Shown: positions 1 through 12,738 of the stretch, one piece after another
Layout of the letters: each line of letters starts with the position of its first letter
Numbering within the stretch: position 1 is the stretch's first letter
NCBI GenBank assembly: GCA_038087875.1
Contig: CM075981.1
Span: 13,268,001-13,332,000, forward strand
Direction of reading: 5' to 3'
Source: Malacoraja senta
Taxonomy: Eukaryota
DNA length: 64,000 nucleotides
Notes under the pieces: generated by a model
What the model saw: the letters and a program-made list of their open reading frames with translations, nothing else
Told to the model about the DNA's origin: nothing
The model's database searches: none
Made by a program: the position numbers and the translations under genes

Positions 1-527
1 GCAAGTTTATTTATATAGCACATTTCAGCAACAAGGCAATTTGAAGTGCTGTACACAAAGCAGTAAAAAGCAATCAAAAGCAATTAAAAACAGTCATTAA
101 AAAGAATAGAAAATAAAAACAAGCAAAAATAGAATAAGACAAGTATAAAATACAAGAATAAAAATTACAGTGCAATGTTAGAAATTAATAATTATTTAAT
201 TTAATTAAAATTAAAAGTAATTAAAAGCAGGGTCAAACAGAAAAGTCTTCAGTCCCGATTTAAAAGAACTGAGAGTTGGAGTGGACCTGCATTTTCCTGG
301 AAGTTTGTTCCTTATATGTGGTGCATAAAAACTAAACGCTGCTTCTCCATGTTTAGTTCTGACTCTGGGGACAGAAAGCAGACCTGTCCCAGATGACCTC
401 AGAGGTCTGGATGGTTCATAATGTAGCAGAAGATCAGAAATGTATTTTGGCCCTAGACCATTCAGTGCTTTATAAACCAACAGTAATATTTTGAAATCAA
501 TTCTTTGACAGACTGGAAGCCAGTGCT
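1..527 (-). mobile_element. L2-clade LINE, 3' fragment (ORF2 C-terminus + 3' tail)
   Basis: ORF 211-480 (VYKALNGLGPKYISDLL..YEPSRPLRSSGTGLLSVPRVRTKHGEAAFSFYAP..FKSGLKTFLF) is the typical L2 ORF2 end; minus-strand tail TGTACAGCACTT..GTGCTATATAAATAAA. Confidence 0.85.
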
Positions 528-648
528 AAAGGAAATTAGTTTATCAAGAGTCAGGAGTGTTTAGTTGTCATATGTACTGATGCGGATCAATGCAATTCTT
601 ACTTGCAGTGGCAGTAAATGGCAGTGTAGCTGCAAGTATGTGCTGCAA

Positions 649-862
649 GGGGCGGCACAGTGGCGCAGCAGTAGAGTTGTCGCCTTACAGCGCCAGAGCC
701 CTGGGTTCGATCCTGACTCCATACGAACATACAGAGTTTGTACGTTCTCCCTGTGACCGCATTGGTTTTCTCTGAGTGCTCCAGTTTCCTCCCACTGTCC
801 AAAGACATACAGGTTTGTAGGTTAATTGTCTTCAGTGAAAATTGTAAATTGCCCCTAGTGTA
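649..862 (+). mobile_element. HE1/V-SINE (tRNA-derived SINE), 3'-truncated
   Basis: GGGGCGGCACAGTGGCGCAGC head with A-box, B-box GGTTCGATCC, V-domain GTTTCCTCCCAC..TCCAAAGAC. Confidence 0.85.
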
Positions 863-1393
863 TACTACAAAAAACTGGAGTAACTCAGCGGATCAGGCAG
901 CATCTCTGGAGAAAAGGAATAGGTGACATTTCAGGTTGAGACCCTTCTTCCTCAGTCTTTAGCCATTTCAACTAATTTCAAGGACTAAGAACATTGGACA
1001 CCCTTGGTGTTGCACCAGGAACATGCCCACTAGAAGTAGTTGCAACACGAGCTCCTATATCTTCGTGCAGACACAAAACTAGCATTTAATTTCAATGTAC
1101 AAAATTACTTCAGCGCAGTAAAACTCTGACGATTGAGCAGTGTCAATTCCATTCATCGCTCCTCAGGCACTGAAGCAGTCCATGCCTATACAAAGGAACT
1201 TTCAGGCTGGAGTTAATTAAGTGGTAAGCAACATAAACCGCAAGCAATTGCTGGGCTGTGATCTTCATAGAAATCCTAACCTCATCACAATAGCAAAATA
1301 CCACAGGGGCTGGAAATATGGGGTGTGATGAGAAAATTATGGAAATACTCAGCAGATCAGGAAGCAGAGAGAGAAACAGAAGTAAAAAATTTT

Positions 1394-1690
1394 GGGCGGC
1401 ACAGTGGCGCAGCTGGTAGAGCTGCTGCCTCTCAGCGACAGAGACCCGGGTTCGATCCTGACTACGGGTGCAGCTGTGCAGAGTTTATACCTTCTCCCCG
1501 TGAACGTATGGATTTACCCCGGGAGCTCCGGTTTCCTTCCACACTCTAAAGTTGTGCAGGTTTGTGGGATAATTGGTTTCTGTAAAGATTGTAAATTGTC
1601 CCTGGTGTATCTGATAGTGCACGTGAGTCTGGTCGGTCCGGACTTGGTGGGCGGAAGGGCCTGTTTTCTCACTGTATCTCGAAACTAAAA
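1394..1690 (+). mobile_element. HE1/V-SINE, near full length
   Basis: A-box TGGCGCAGCTGG, B-box GGTTCGATCC, V-domain, CR1-like tail GAAGGGCCTGTTT..CTGTATCTC. Confidence 0.9.
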
Positions 1691-2149
1691 AAGCAAATGG
1701 ATTTCCCTTCTACAACGCGTTTCCTATTGTTTGGTTTTATCAGTTTACACATCAACCTTTTCGTGCATTTAAACTGTGATTACAGCTGCTCCACCCTGAT
1801 TATTGGTGGTCCAGAAACCCACCTGAGCTGTGTGTTCCCTCTCACCTCTCTGCTTGCACGACATCGAAACCCTCCTACTAATACAAAATTACAACTTCTC
1901 AAATTGGCGTTCAATTGTAATGTTTATGTAAAAGTCTGAAGTAACATTTAAAAATAAGGAAAGAATGCTTGATTATAATAAATCTGTCCATGCATCTTGG
2001 TCCGACAACATCCATCCATAACCCAGAGACTCCTCTTTTCCTTGACATCAGAGATCCACTGGTCCCAATTATGAGCTTAAAGTCATTGGGCAAAGACAGG
2101 TTTGTGCGAAGGCCTGATTCAACTTGTTAATGGTGTCTGAAAGTCAACA

Positions 2150-2281
2150 AAGTCTGAAGAAGGAACTAGACCTGAAACGTCATCTATTCCTTCGCTCCAT
2201 AGATGCTGCCTCACCCGCTAAGTTTCTCCAGCATTTTTGTCTACCTTTGATTTTTCCAGCATCTGCAGTTCTTTCTTAAAC
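2150..2281 (+). mobile_element. Penelope/Poseidon terminal (pLTR) fragment with hammerhead-like core
   Basis: CTGAAGA..GAAACGTC followed by AGATGCTGCC..CTCCAGCATTTTTGTCTACC..AGCATCTGCAGTTC, matching the 3' end of the coding Penelope at 7.2-9.8 kb. Confidence 0.75.
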
Positions 2282-2869
2282 ATAGTCCAACACAAATCTT
2301 TTCTTTCACCTTCTGAGGCAAATAGTTGTTAGAGTCAATTCACTCAGAATCAGCAGTGAGCTTTTAGAAAAGGGCAATTCGTTAACAAAGCGATGTAGGC
2401 AATGTTACAAAAAATAATATACAGACATTACGGCAGTTCAGATAGTAGAGATTTGACCTTTCAGAGGTCACAAAACCATCAGAGATACAGAATAAAATTT
2501 GTTCTTCTGAAATGTGTGTGATAAAAAGTAAATAGTAAATACATGCACAGACACTGCAGCATCATCCTTGGGAACATTATGATACAGACAGTTTTCTTGA
2601 AACGTAAATACCCAACCCCCCACCAAACCCTCTCTCCCCATCTCCCACCATGGAATGCAGGGGTCATCTATATACACACACACACACACACACACGTTTC
2701 TGTGTAAGTATGGAGGTATGTATACATGTATGTATGTATGCATGTGTATGTATGTATATTGATAATGTGTTTATCACATTGGAGTAATATTTCCTCTCAT
2801 AGTTTGTTGCAATTTGTTACAAATTACAGAAAGTAATCCTTGCAGGCAAAAACTTTCACGACTACATAC

Positions 2870-2935
2870 CACACCACGGAAGGTTGGAGGGAATAGTCCA
2901 CAGTAGACAGGAACAAAACAGCTACACAATAAAGC
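2870..2935 (-). CDS. PNPLA1: PNPLA1-like patatin protein, coding exon 3 (66 nt; [22 protein letters not shown])
   Basis: tttcccccttgatag| acceptor, |GTATGT donor, phase 0/0; the peptide closely matches the equivalent short PNPLA1 exon ([22 protein letters not shown]). Not in the ORF track. Confidence 0.9.
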
Positions 2936-3269
2936 CTATCAAGGGGGAAATAAAGGAAGAATTAAAATTCAATCCGAAAAACTATTTTTATGCAACATGT
3001 TCGTCAGTATTTCAAGATAAGTGACAATAAAAACATTCAATTTAATGTGTTACTGGATATTGTCCTAATTAAATGTTTTAATAATGCTAAATATTTTTCA
3101 ACCAAAAACCAAGAAGACCAGGATAAGGTTAAACCCTGAGGAATAAACAAAATGAACAATAATCTGACAGGACAGAAATGGTACGTTGCAGGCGCGGAGC
3201 CAGGGAGTCAGGACTCTTAATGCAATGTCCCCCGCCCCCCCCCCCCCCCCCCACTAATGTCGCCGCCGC

Positions 3270-3960
3270 AATAAATGCAGGGGAGGGACGGACACATCGA
3301 CTGAGGGAACGGGAGGAGGGATCGAGAGGAGGGGGGAGTGAAGGGGAGGAGTGTCGAAGAGGATGGAGTGAGGGAGAGGGGTACAGAGCAAGGGAAGAGG
3401 GTTACGGAGCGAGCAGATGGGTACAGAGCAGTGGGAGGGGAGACGGAATGAAGGGAAGGGAACAGAACAAGGGAGGTGGATCCAGGGGAGGGTAGGAGTG
3501 AAAGGAGGGGGAGTCGGATCGAGGGGGGGTGGAGGAAGATCGAGGGGACGGCGGATCGAGCTGAGGGAAAAACGGTACGAGAGGGAGAAAAATTAATCGA
3601 GGCAGGCGATGGAACGTGGAGACAATGGAACGATAGGGTGAGAGGGGGAGATGGATAGTGAAGAGGCGAGATGGGTGATAGGGAGGGCCGATGGATTGAG
3701 GAGAGATCGTGATGGATTGAGAGGAGAAGTGATTGATTGAGAGGCGAGGGGAGGGATGATGGATGGAGAAAGAGGGAGAGATAGATCGAGGGCAGTGAGT
3801 GATGCATCAGGAAAGGGATGGATGGAGGTTGATGGGAATGTGACCAGAGTTGTAGGAGGCTAAAGCGAGGTGGCAATTAGCCGTGGGGGAGGTGTGGAAT
3901 GGACAGCAGACAGGAGAGATAATGAGAGCGAGCAAGGAGATGGATGACAGCAAACAGAGA
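3270..3960. repeat. GA-rich (polypurine) low-complexity tract in intron 2
   Basis: Degenerate GAGGG/GATCGAG units; explains the S/P/L-rich ORF 3217-3876. Confidence 0.8.
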
Positions 3961-4738
3961 AAGTTTGGTTTAATTTATTATTGTCATGTGCACCAAGGAA
4001 CAGTGAAAAGCTTTTGTTGCTATCTCGACAAAGAAATGACTGTACATGATTATCATCAAGCTGTCCACTGTGTACAGGTAAAGGATAAAGGTTACAACAT
4101 TGAATGCAAGATGAAGTCTGATAAAGTCCAATTACAGATAGCGAGCAATGGCAGTGATGGAATAGAGATACGGAGCAAGTTTGGGGGAGAGTGGGAGGCG
4201 GGACAGGGAGTAAGTAGTATGGTTTTTATTTCATCGAATCCTGTTGCAAGCACAGACAATGTCAGATTGGATTAAAGTAATTACATGTTAAAATCTTTAT
4301 TGTGATTATAGGTTCTCACAATTGATGCAAGAGTATGTCACTGCCCCAGAATGAATCCTCAGCGAAAGACAACATCTTCAGGAGACACTAGAGACTGTAG
4401 ATGCTGGAATCCGTAGGAGAGCTTCTGGGGAAACTCACTTGGTCAGGCAGCATCTGTGGGGGGAACGTTTCAGATCCAGACTGTTCATTTTGATGGATCT
4501 GTCTGAATAAGGGTCCAACCCAAAAAACATTGTCTGTCCATTTCCCTCCACAGATGCTGCCTGATCCAATGAGATCCTCAGCAGCTCTCTTCTTTCATAC
4601 AAAGATATCCTCAGAGTTGGGTGAGACAGTTCACCAATAATGTACAACAATGTAAATCAGAACTCAGGAAATATTTCCCCAAGTAAAATCCCTGAAACTA
4701 TCTTACCGTATGTCGAAGGAGACACAACAGATTGTTAC

Positions 4739-4971
4739 CTGAATAAGTTCCTCATTGGAACTGAAGTCGGAGACTAGGACGTTTTGTCTGTCAGATGCCC
4801 TGGTCATGGAAATAAACAGCCTCCCGCAGGCAAGCTTATATGCATTCTCATGAAGATTCTCCACCAGACCCTTCTTTACACTTTGGAGAGGACTAAATAG
4901 TGGATTCATCGGTCCAAGAAACCATCTTCTTGACTGTTTAGCAGCCAGACTAAGGCTCTGATAGAAACGAT
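4739..4971 (-). CDS. PNPLA1: PNPLA1-like coding exon 2 (233 nt; (D)RFYQSLSLAAKQSRRWFLGPMNP..GRLFISMTRASDRQNVLVSDFSSNEELIQ)
   Basis: tgtttttgattccag| acceptor and CAG|GTAACA donor; phase 1 start completes G+AT=Asp from exon 1; motifs LGP.P, G.L.IS.TR..D..NV.VS.F.S.EELI of the PNPLA1-5 family. Confidence 0.92.
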
Positions 4972-5109
4972 CTGGAATCAAAAACAGACATGAGACCCAT
5001 GGATAACACTAAACTATCAGAAAAGTGCCATCAGTCCGATTCAACAATGCATTTGGATATTTGCATCATACCAATTTACCATTTAAAATGAACCAAGTAA
5101 AATTGTTCA

Positions 5110-5545
5110 ATGTGTAGGAAAGAACTGCAGATGCTGGTTTACACCGAAGATAGACACAAAATGCTGGAGTAACTCAGTGGGACAGGTAGGAATGAGTGAT
5201 GTTTTGGGTCGAGACCCTTCTTCAGACAGAGTCAGGAGAGGGAGACTAGAGATATGGAAGGGAGAGGTGTGAAAATGACAGATCAAAGCAGACGGTGATC
5301 AAGGAAATGTAGAATGGTTCATTGTTAGCTAAGGAGAAGGTGACAACGAGGCATACAATCAGAAAAAATAATCGTGAACAATGAAACTGGAGAACTAGGG
5401 TGGGGGAGAGAGGGAAAGCAAGGGTTACTTGAAGTTAGAGAAATCAATAGTCATGCTGCTGGGTTGTAAACTGCTCAAGCGAAATATTAGGTGCTGTTCC
5501 TCCAATTTGCATTGGGCTTCACTCTGACAGTGGAGGAGGCTCCAC
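5110..5545 (-). mobile_element. Penelope/Poseidon 3' fragment (GIY-YIG end + pLTR)
   Basis: Reverse complement of KLEEQHLIFRL and of the pLTR with CTGAAGAAGGGTCTCGACCC. Confidence 0.8.
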
Positions 5546-5589
5546 ATCACGAATAATTGAATGATAGCAAAGGCTGGAGAAGCTGAACG

Positions 5590-6350
5590 TCTGTTCAAAA
5601 ACATTTGGACAGGATAGCTTTAGAGGGTTAGAGGGATTCAGGCCAATTTTGGTAACTGGGAACTCAGGTAGGTAACTCGGTCGGCATGGATGTGTTGGGC
5701 AAATGGGCCTGTTTCCGTGTTCAATGACACTACAGTTCACGATCAACACTAATGTTGGAGTGGTGAAGATGGCATATGGTGCACTCGTCTTCATTGGATT
5801 AAGCATTGAGCATATAGGTCAGAAAGTCATGTTCCAACTTTATCAAACTTTGGTGGGACTGCATTTGGAATATTGTGTACCGTTCTGGTTGCCCCATTAT
5901 AAGAAGGAACTGGAAGCTTTGGAAAGGGTGCAGAAGAGGTTTACCAGAATGCTGGCCTGGATTAGGTGGCATTAGCTACAAGGGGAGGTTGGACAAATTT
6001 GCATTGTTTTCTGTGGAGCATCAGGGGTTGGAAGGAGACCTGATAGAAATATAGAAAATTAGGAGAGATACACAACCAAGAACCCAAAGAGAGCATAGGT
6101 CAGATTGGGAAAGTTTAAATGAGATATGCAGGACATACTTTTGATATACTGTGTGTCTGGAATACGCTGTCAGGGGTAGTGATGGAAGCAGATATGATAG
6201 CACCATTTAAGAGGCATTTAGATAGGCACATGGATATGCAGGGAGTAGAGGGATATGGATCACATGCAAGCAGAGATTTGTTTAACTCGGCATCATGTTC
6301 AGCATGGCAGTGCCTGTTCCTGTGCTGTACTGCTCTGTTCTATGTTATGT
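5590..6350 (+). mobile_element. CR1 LINE 3' fragments (degraded)
   Basis: LYQTLVGLHLEYCVPFWLPHYKK..LERVQKRFTRML, then CR1 3' UTR. Confidence 0.8.
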
Positions 6351-7168
6351 GATTCTCCGTTCCTGGATATAGAATTTTGGTTATGTACACTTCACACCTC
6401 AATGCATCAAGAAGCACTGTGACTCATTTTAGTTTACCTGCTGCTTGAATTACAGAATATTAGTGGAGGCCAAACACACACATGCAGACACACCTACACG
6501 CGCACACACATGCGCGCACGCACGCACACACACACACACACACACGTGCACACTTGCTCTCTCCAAGTCCAAGATGTGTTTTGATCATGTGGTCAGAAAG
6601 GCATGCAGTACTCCAAATATTGTCCAACAGCAATTATGTATAGCAGCAGCACGATGTCTAATTCAATTTTTTGGTTCCACCAGCTTTATGCATATTATCT
6701 GCTCTTGTCCATGACATTTTAACAATCCTAACTGCCACTACCTTTAACGTTTTACAATCTGGAGGGAAATCTGTTCAGAACTCTTTTGTCCAAAGTGAAA
6801 TAAAGTAAATTGATTAATTTTTTCCACACTGAAATCAATGAGCCACAATTTTCCATGTTGTATTGTATTGTATTGTATATCGTTATTGTCATTTCCTGAG
6901 TATTCACATACCTAGAGGAAACAAAAAAATGTTCCTCAACCAGTGTCCATTTCAGTGTGCAGTAAAAAATAAATAGAAGTAAAAATACATATATCATGAA
7001 CAAATTAACACTGCTTGGGTCCTTGAATGGAGTCGAGGGATGTTCTCTTGATCCATTGCAATCTCTTGGCATCCCTTTAATTATAGAGTCATTTAGCCAT
7101 AGAGTCATACAGCGTGGAAACAGGCCCTTCGGCCAAACTTGCCCACACTGACCAACATGTCCCAGCTA

Positions 7169-9782
7169 TATCAGCACCGAGCCTGAAGTCTCTACACTGC
7201 AGACTCCTACATCATGGCTCTGACTGTGCTGGGTCCTAGTGCTAGGCTCCCTCACCTAGGAAACCTCAGTGGTTGTTCCACTGGGTCTTCCCCTTCCCCT
7301 CAAACCATGTGACCCCAGCTCTTCCCCACCCACGCTATAGTCCCCATGCCCCCCTCCTCCCTGACCACCCACCACCCCCCACCAGACATCGCCTCGGCCC
7401 CAGTCCACTCTCCTGCCTTCCTCCGGCCCCAACCCCCATCCTTTGCCGTGTGTTCACCATCCCCCCTGACCTCCCCCTCTCTGATACCGAATGGTCTGTC
7501 CTCAGCAGAGGCCTTACCTTTGTCCCCCTCCGTCCCCACCTCAATGAGTTCACAGCGTTCTTCCATGGGAAGGAGTCCTCGCCCCCCCAGTGATGACCCC
7601 TTCTCCCTTCTCCAACGGACCCCCTCCTCTTGGACTCCCCCTCATGGCCATCTTTCGGCTTTAGACCTTTATATTTTAAACTGCCGGTGGGACATCAACC
7701 GCCTCAACTTCTCTACTCCCCTGTCTCACTCTAACCTCTCCCCCCTCTGAACGTACAGCCCTCCACTCATTTTGCAACAACCCAGACTGGGTGATCAAAC
7801 CTGCCGACAAGGGAGGTGCCGTGGAAGTCTGGCACGCTGATCTCTCCAAGGCTGAGGCCACGCGCCAACTCTCAGACACCTCCTCCTACTTATCCTTGGA
7901 CCATGACCCTACAGACGAGCACCAGGACATTATCTCTAGCACCATCACTGACTTCATCACTTCCGGCTCCCTCTCCTCCCAAGCCTCCAACCTCATCGTT
8001 TCCCAGCCCCGCACGGTCGATTTTACCTTCTCCCCTAAATCCACAAACCTGAGTGTCCTGGCAGACCCATTGTCTCTGCCTCTTCGTGTCCTACCGAACT
8101 TATTTCCGAATATCTCGACTCCATCCTATCCCCCCTGGTCAAATCCCTCCCTATCTATGTCCAAGACACCTCACACGCTCTTCGTCGACTCCATGACTTC
8201 CGTTTTCTAGGCCCCCATTCCCTCATCTTCACCATGGATGTCCAGTCATTCTACACCTCCACCCCCCACCAGGAGGGTCTCAAAGTCCTCCGTTTCTTCC
8301 TCGACCGTAGAACCAACCAATCCCCGTCTACGAATACTCTCCTCCGCCAAGCGGAGCTGGTCCTTACCCTTAATAACTCTTCGTTTGACTCCTCCCATTT
8401 CCTCCAAATACAAGGCGTAGCTATGGGCACGTGCATGGGCCCGAGCTATGCCTGCCTCTTTGTAGGGTACGTCGAACAATCCTTGTTCGAGACGTACCGT
8501 GGCCCTATCCCCGAACTCTACCTCCGCTACATCGATGACTGCATTGGGGCTACCTCCTGCACCCACACACAACTCACTGACTTCATCCATTTCACCACTA
8601 ACTTCCATCCGGCACTCAAATACACTTGGACCATTTCCGACATTTCCCTACCATTTCTTGACCTCACTATCTCCATCGCAGGTGATAGACTGCTGACCGA
8701 CATCCACTATCAACCCACTGACTCCCGTGGCTATCTGGACTACACTTCTTCCCACCCTGCTACCTGTAAGTACTCCATCCCCTACTCCCAATTCCTCCGT
8801 CTACGCCGCATCTGCACCTAGGATGAGGTGTTCCACACCAGGGCATCGGAGATGTCCTCATTCTTCAGGGAACGGGGGTTCCCCTCTTCTACTATAGATG
8901 AGGCTCTCACCAGGGTCTCTTCTATACCCCGTGACTCTACTCTCACTCCCTTTCCCCCCACTCATAACAAGGGCAGGGTCCCCCTTGTCCTCACCTTCCA
9001 CCCCACCAGACATCACATACAACAAATAATCCTCCGACATTTTTGCCACCTCCAACGTGATCCCACCACTTGCCACATCTGTCCCATCTCCTCCCCTGTC
9101 TGCTTTCCGCAGAGACCACTCCCTCCGTAACTCCCTGGTCAATTTGTCCCTTCCCACCCTTCCCACCCCCTCTCCGGGCACTTTCCCTTGCAACCGAAAG
9201 AAATGCTACCCTTGTCGCTTTACCACCCCTTTTAACTCCATGCAAGGACCCAAGCAGTCTTTCCAGGTGCGGCAGAGGTTCACCTGCACCTCCTCCAACC
9301 TCATCTATTGCATCCACTGCTCTAGATGTCAGCTGCTCTGCATCGGTGAGACAAGCGTAGGCTTGGCGATCGCTTCGCCGAACGCCTCCGCTCGGTTCGC
9401 AATAACCAACCTGATCTCCCGGTGGCTCAGCACTTCAACTCCCCCTCCCATTCCAAATCCGACCTTTCTGTCCTGGGCCTCCTCCATGTCCAGAGTGAGG
9501 CCGACCGTAAATTGGAGGAGCAGCACCTCATGTTTCGCTTGGGCAGTTTGCACCCCAGCGGTATGAACATTGACTTCTCTAATTTCAGGTAGTCCCTACT
9601 TTCTCCTCCCCTTCTCAACTCTCCCTCAGCCCACTGGCTCCGCTTCTTCCTTTCTTCTCCCCCCCCCCCCCACCCTCACATCAGTCTGAAGATGTGTTTC
9701 GACCCGAAACGTTGCCTATTTCCTTCGCTCCATAGATGCTGCCTCACCCGCTGAGTTTCTCCAGCATTTTTGTCTACCTTCT
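7169..9782 (+). mobile_element. Penelope-like element (Poseidon type), RT + GIY-YIG, frameshifted; antisense in PNPLA1 intron 1
   Basis: LSRGLTFVP, IKPADKGGAV, MDVQSFYT, QGVAMGTCMGPSYACLF, LRYIDD, CTSSNLIYCIHC..C..IGET; flanked by atgtccca(g/t)cta (7157-7168 / 9783-9794). Confidence 0.93.
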
Positions 9783-9801
9783 ATGTCCCATCTACACTAG
9801 T

Positions 9802-10270
9802 GTTAAAGAAGGAACTGCAGATGCTGGAAAATCGAAGGTACACAAAAATGCTGGAGAAACTCAGCGGGTGCAGCAGCTGCATCTATGGAGCGAAGGAGAT
9901 AGGCAACGTTTCGGGCCAAAACCCTTCTTCAGACTGATGGGGAGGGTGGGGGAGGCGGGGAGAAGAAAGGATAAAGGAGGAGGAGGAGCCCGAGGGCTGA
10001 GGGAGAGGTAGGAAGGGGAGGAGACAGCAAGGGTTAACGGAATTGTGAGAATTCAATGTTCATGCCACCAGGATGCAGACTACCCAAGCGGAATATGAGG
10101 TGCTGTTCCTCCAATTTCCGGTGTTGCTCACTCTGGCCGTGGAGGAGGCCCAGGACAGAGAGGTCGGATACGGAATGCGAGAGGGAGTTGAAGTGATGAG
10201 CCACCGGGAGGTCAGGTTGGTTAGTGCGGACCGAGTGGAGGTGTTCGGCGAAACGATCGCCAAGCCTACG
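9802..10270 (-). mobile_element. Second Penelope 3' fragment, tail-to-tail with the first
   Basis: Reverse complement of the GIY-YIG end + pLTR; own TSD ctacactagt (9792-9801 / 10271-10280). Confidence 0.88.
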
Positions 10271-10594
10271 CTACACTAGTCCCACCTAACTTTTTTTGGC
10301 CCATATCCCTCTAAAGCTGTCCTATCCATAAATTCCTTTTGACCATTGATACTTGATCATTCATACATTCCATCCACAATTCTTACAGTGCTGCCTAGAT
10401 TTGCGTCATCAGGAAAACGGAAATTGCAACTTTCCTTCTCAAATTCCATTAAATAGTAAATAGTTCCGTCCTCAACACAAACTCGGACTCTTGGACACTC
10501 TCCCCAATCACAGCCTATAAATTACATCTCCTCTTCCACCCACTCCATTGGTACATAGCATAGAACATCACAGTTTGGAGAACAACACAGTATA

Positions 10595-11547
10595 TTTACA
10601 ATATATATTCATGATTTAGATGAAGGAATTAAAAGTAACATTAGCATATTTGCCGATGAAACAAAGCTGGGTGGCAGTGTGAACTGTGAAGAGGATGCTA
10701 TGACGATGCAGGGTGACTTGGACAGGTTGCGTGAGTGGGCAGATGCATGGCAGATGCAGTATAATGTGGATAAATGTGAGGTTATCCACTTTGGTAGCGA
10801 GAACAAGGAGGCAGATTATTATCTGAATGGTGTCAGGTTAGGAAAAGGGGAAGTACAACGAGACTTGGGTGTCCTTGTACATCAGTCACTAAAAGTAAGC
10901 ATGCAGGTAGAGCAGGCAGTGAAGAAAGCTAATGGCATGTTGGCCTTCATAACGAGAGGAGTTGAGTATAGGAGCAAAGAGGTCCCTCTACAGTTGTACA
11001 GGGACCTGGTGAGACTACACCTGAAGTATTGTGTGCAGTTTTGGTCTCCTAATTTGAGGAATGACATTCTTGCTATTGAGGTACTGCAGCGTAGGTTCAC
11101 GAGGTTAATTCCCGGGATTGCGGCACTATCATATGATGAAAGAATGGAGCAACTGGGCTCGTATTCTTATAGAAACATATACAATTATTAAGGGATTGGA
11201 CATGCTAGATGCAGGAAACAGGTTCCCGATGTTGGGGGAGTCCAGAACCAGGGGCCACAATTTAAAAATAAGGCCATTTACAACTGAGATGAGGAAAAAC
11301 TTTTTCTCCCAGAGTTGTGAATCTGTGGAATTCTCTGCCTCAGAAGGCAGTGGAGGCCGATTCACTGGATGCATTCAAAAGAGTGTTAGAGCTCTTAGGG
11401 CTAGCGGAATCAAGTGATATGGGGAGAAGGCAGGAACAGGGTACTGATTGTGGATGATCAGCCATGATCACATTGAATGGCAGTGCTGGCTCGGAGGGCC
11501 AATTGGCCTACTCCTGCACCTATTGTCTATGTATCTATGTATCTATG
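10595..11547 (+). mobile_element. CR1 LINE 3' fragment (RT C-terminus + 3' UTR)
   Basis: [49 protein letters not shown]; tail (TCTATGTA)n. Confidence 0.92.
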
Positions 11548-12738
11548 AAATGCTCCAAGATGATACGGATTATTTTATGAGATAGAAAAGGGCAATTCAA
11601 TCCATTTAGTCTATGCTGGCTCAAAGAGCAATCCCTTCAGTCCCATTTCCCTCTGACCTATTCTCATCCACATGCTGATCGGCTTTGCCCCAGAGTCAAG
11701 AGCACGATTTGACACAAAGCTAAACAAGGAAACACGAGGAGAAATAAACAAAAGCTTTGTCAAAGAGGTGAGTTTTTAAAGAAGTGACGGTTTATCTGAC
11801 AGAATTCCAGAACGGATGGTCTATCTACCAATAGAAGGTGATCAAGAACCTGGGATTGAAGGAGCATATCTCTTTGAAGGCTAAAAAGTTGGAAGTGATA
11901 ACTAGGAGGGCTGTGCAATGAGAGAGACAATGGTTTGTGGGACGACCAGAATTTAACCAATGTGCCTTTATGGCCAACTGCAGCTGGGACTGTAAAATGG
12001 TGCCTCTTGCATATAGACCTTGTGGGTTATTCTATACATTCAGTACTAGCCGAGCGATTGTGTTTATGTATGCGGATAGTCTTACTGATCTGTATGCAAA
12101 ATAAGTATTTTACTGTACCTGGAGCACACATGATAATAAAGAAAACACTGATGGCTATCGAATTTTAGGAAAATTGGGATGAGAATCAACGTGTTGCTTA
12201 TATTGGAGTCAATGCAAGGCTATAAGTATTCGGGTGACAGGTAAAGAAAACGGTTGCTAAACACTTTAATTCTCCCTCCCTTTCCCATTTGAGATTTCAG
12301 TTTGGCCAAGGCTGTGAAAGACATGTCTTTCTTTGGACAGCATGTTTCAGCAGGTTCATTGATTGTTGGATACCGTCCAATCTAATCCTCATCCAAAATC
12401 CTCACTTCAAGTAGGGCAATGGGCATCTTGTTAGTCAGCACAGGTTTCAGTTGTGTTATTCCCAAACTGAAGCACTGAAGACAAATAGATATCTAGAACC
12501 ATTATCATGTTCTTCACACCCACACCTCCAAGATCAACAAATGAACACAATGAACGGGATAAAACCTGGAACCCTCCTAGAACACAGCCCGTGTAGACAT
12601 CATGATAAACACTTCAGAAGCACTTTTCATTATATAATTCCTTAATCAACACCAGGCCATTTTCTACAGGTTATGAACAAGCCAAAAGCATAGCCAGTGG
12701 CAAAAATACATCTTAATGCAGCAAAGTTGATGCCTTAC

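Noticed and set aside
649-720. tRNA genes at SINE heads (also 1394, 28794)
   Set aside because: A/B boxes run into the V-domain and CR1 tail; these are SINEs
1-2869. PNPLA exon 4 with the DGG motif
   Set aside because: No RYxDGG-encoding exon found; it presumably lies left of the window
3217-3876. 219-aa S/P/L-rich ORF
   Set aside because: Translation of a GA-rich low-complexity intronic tract
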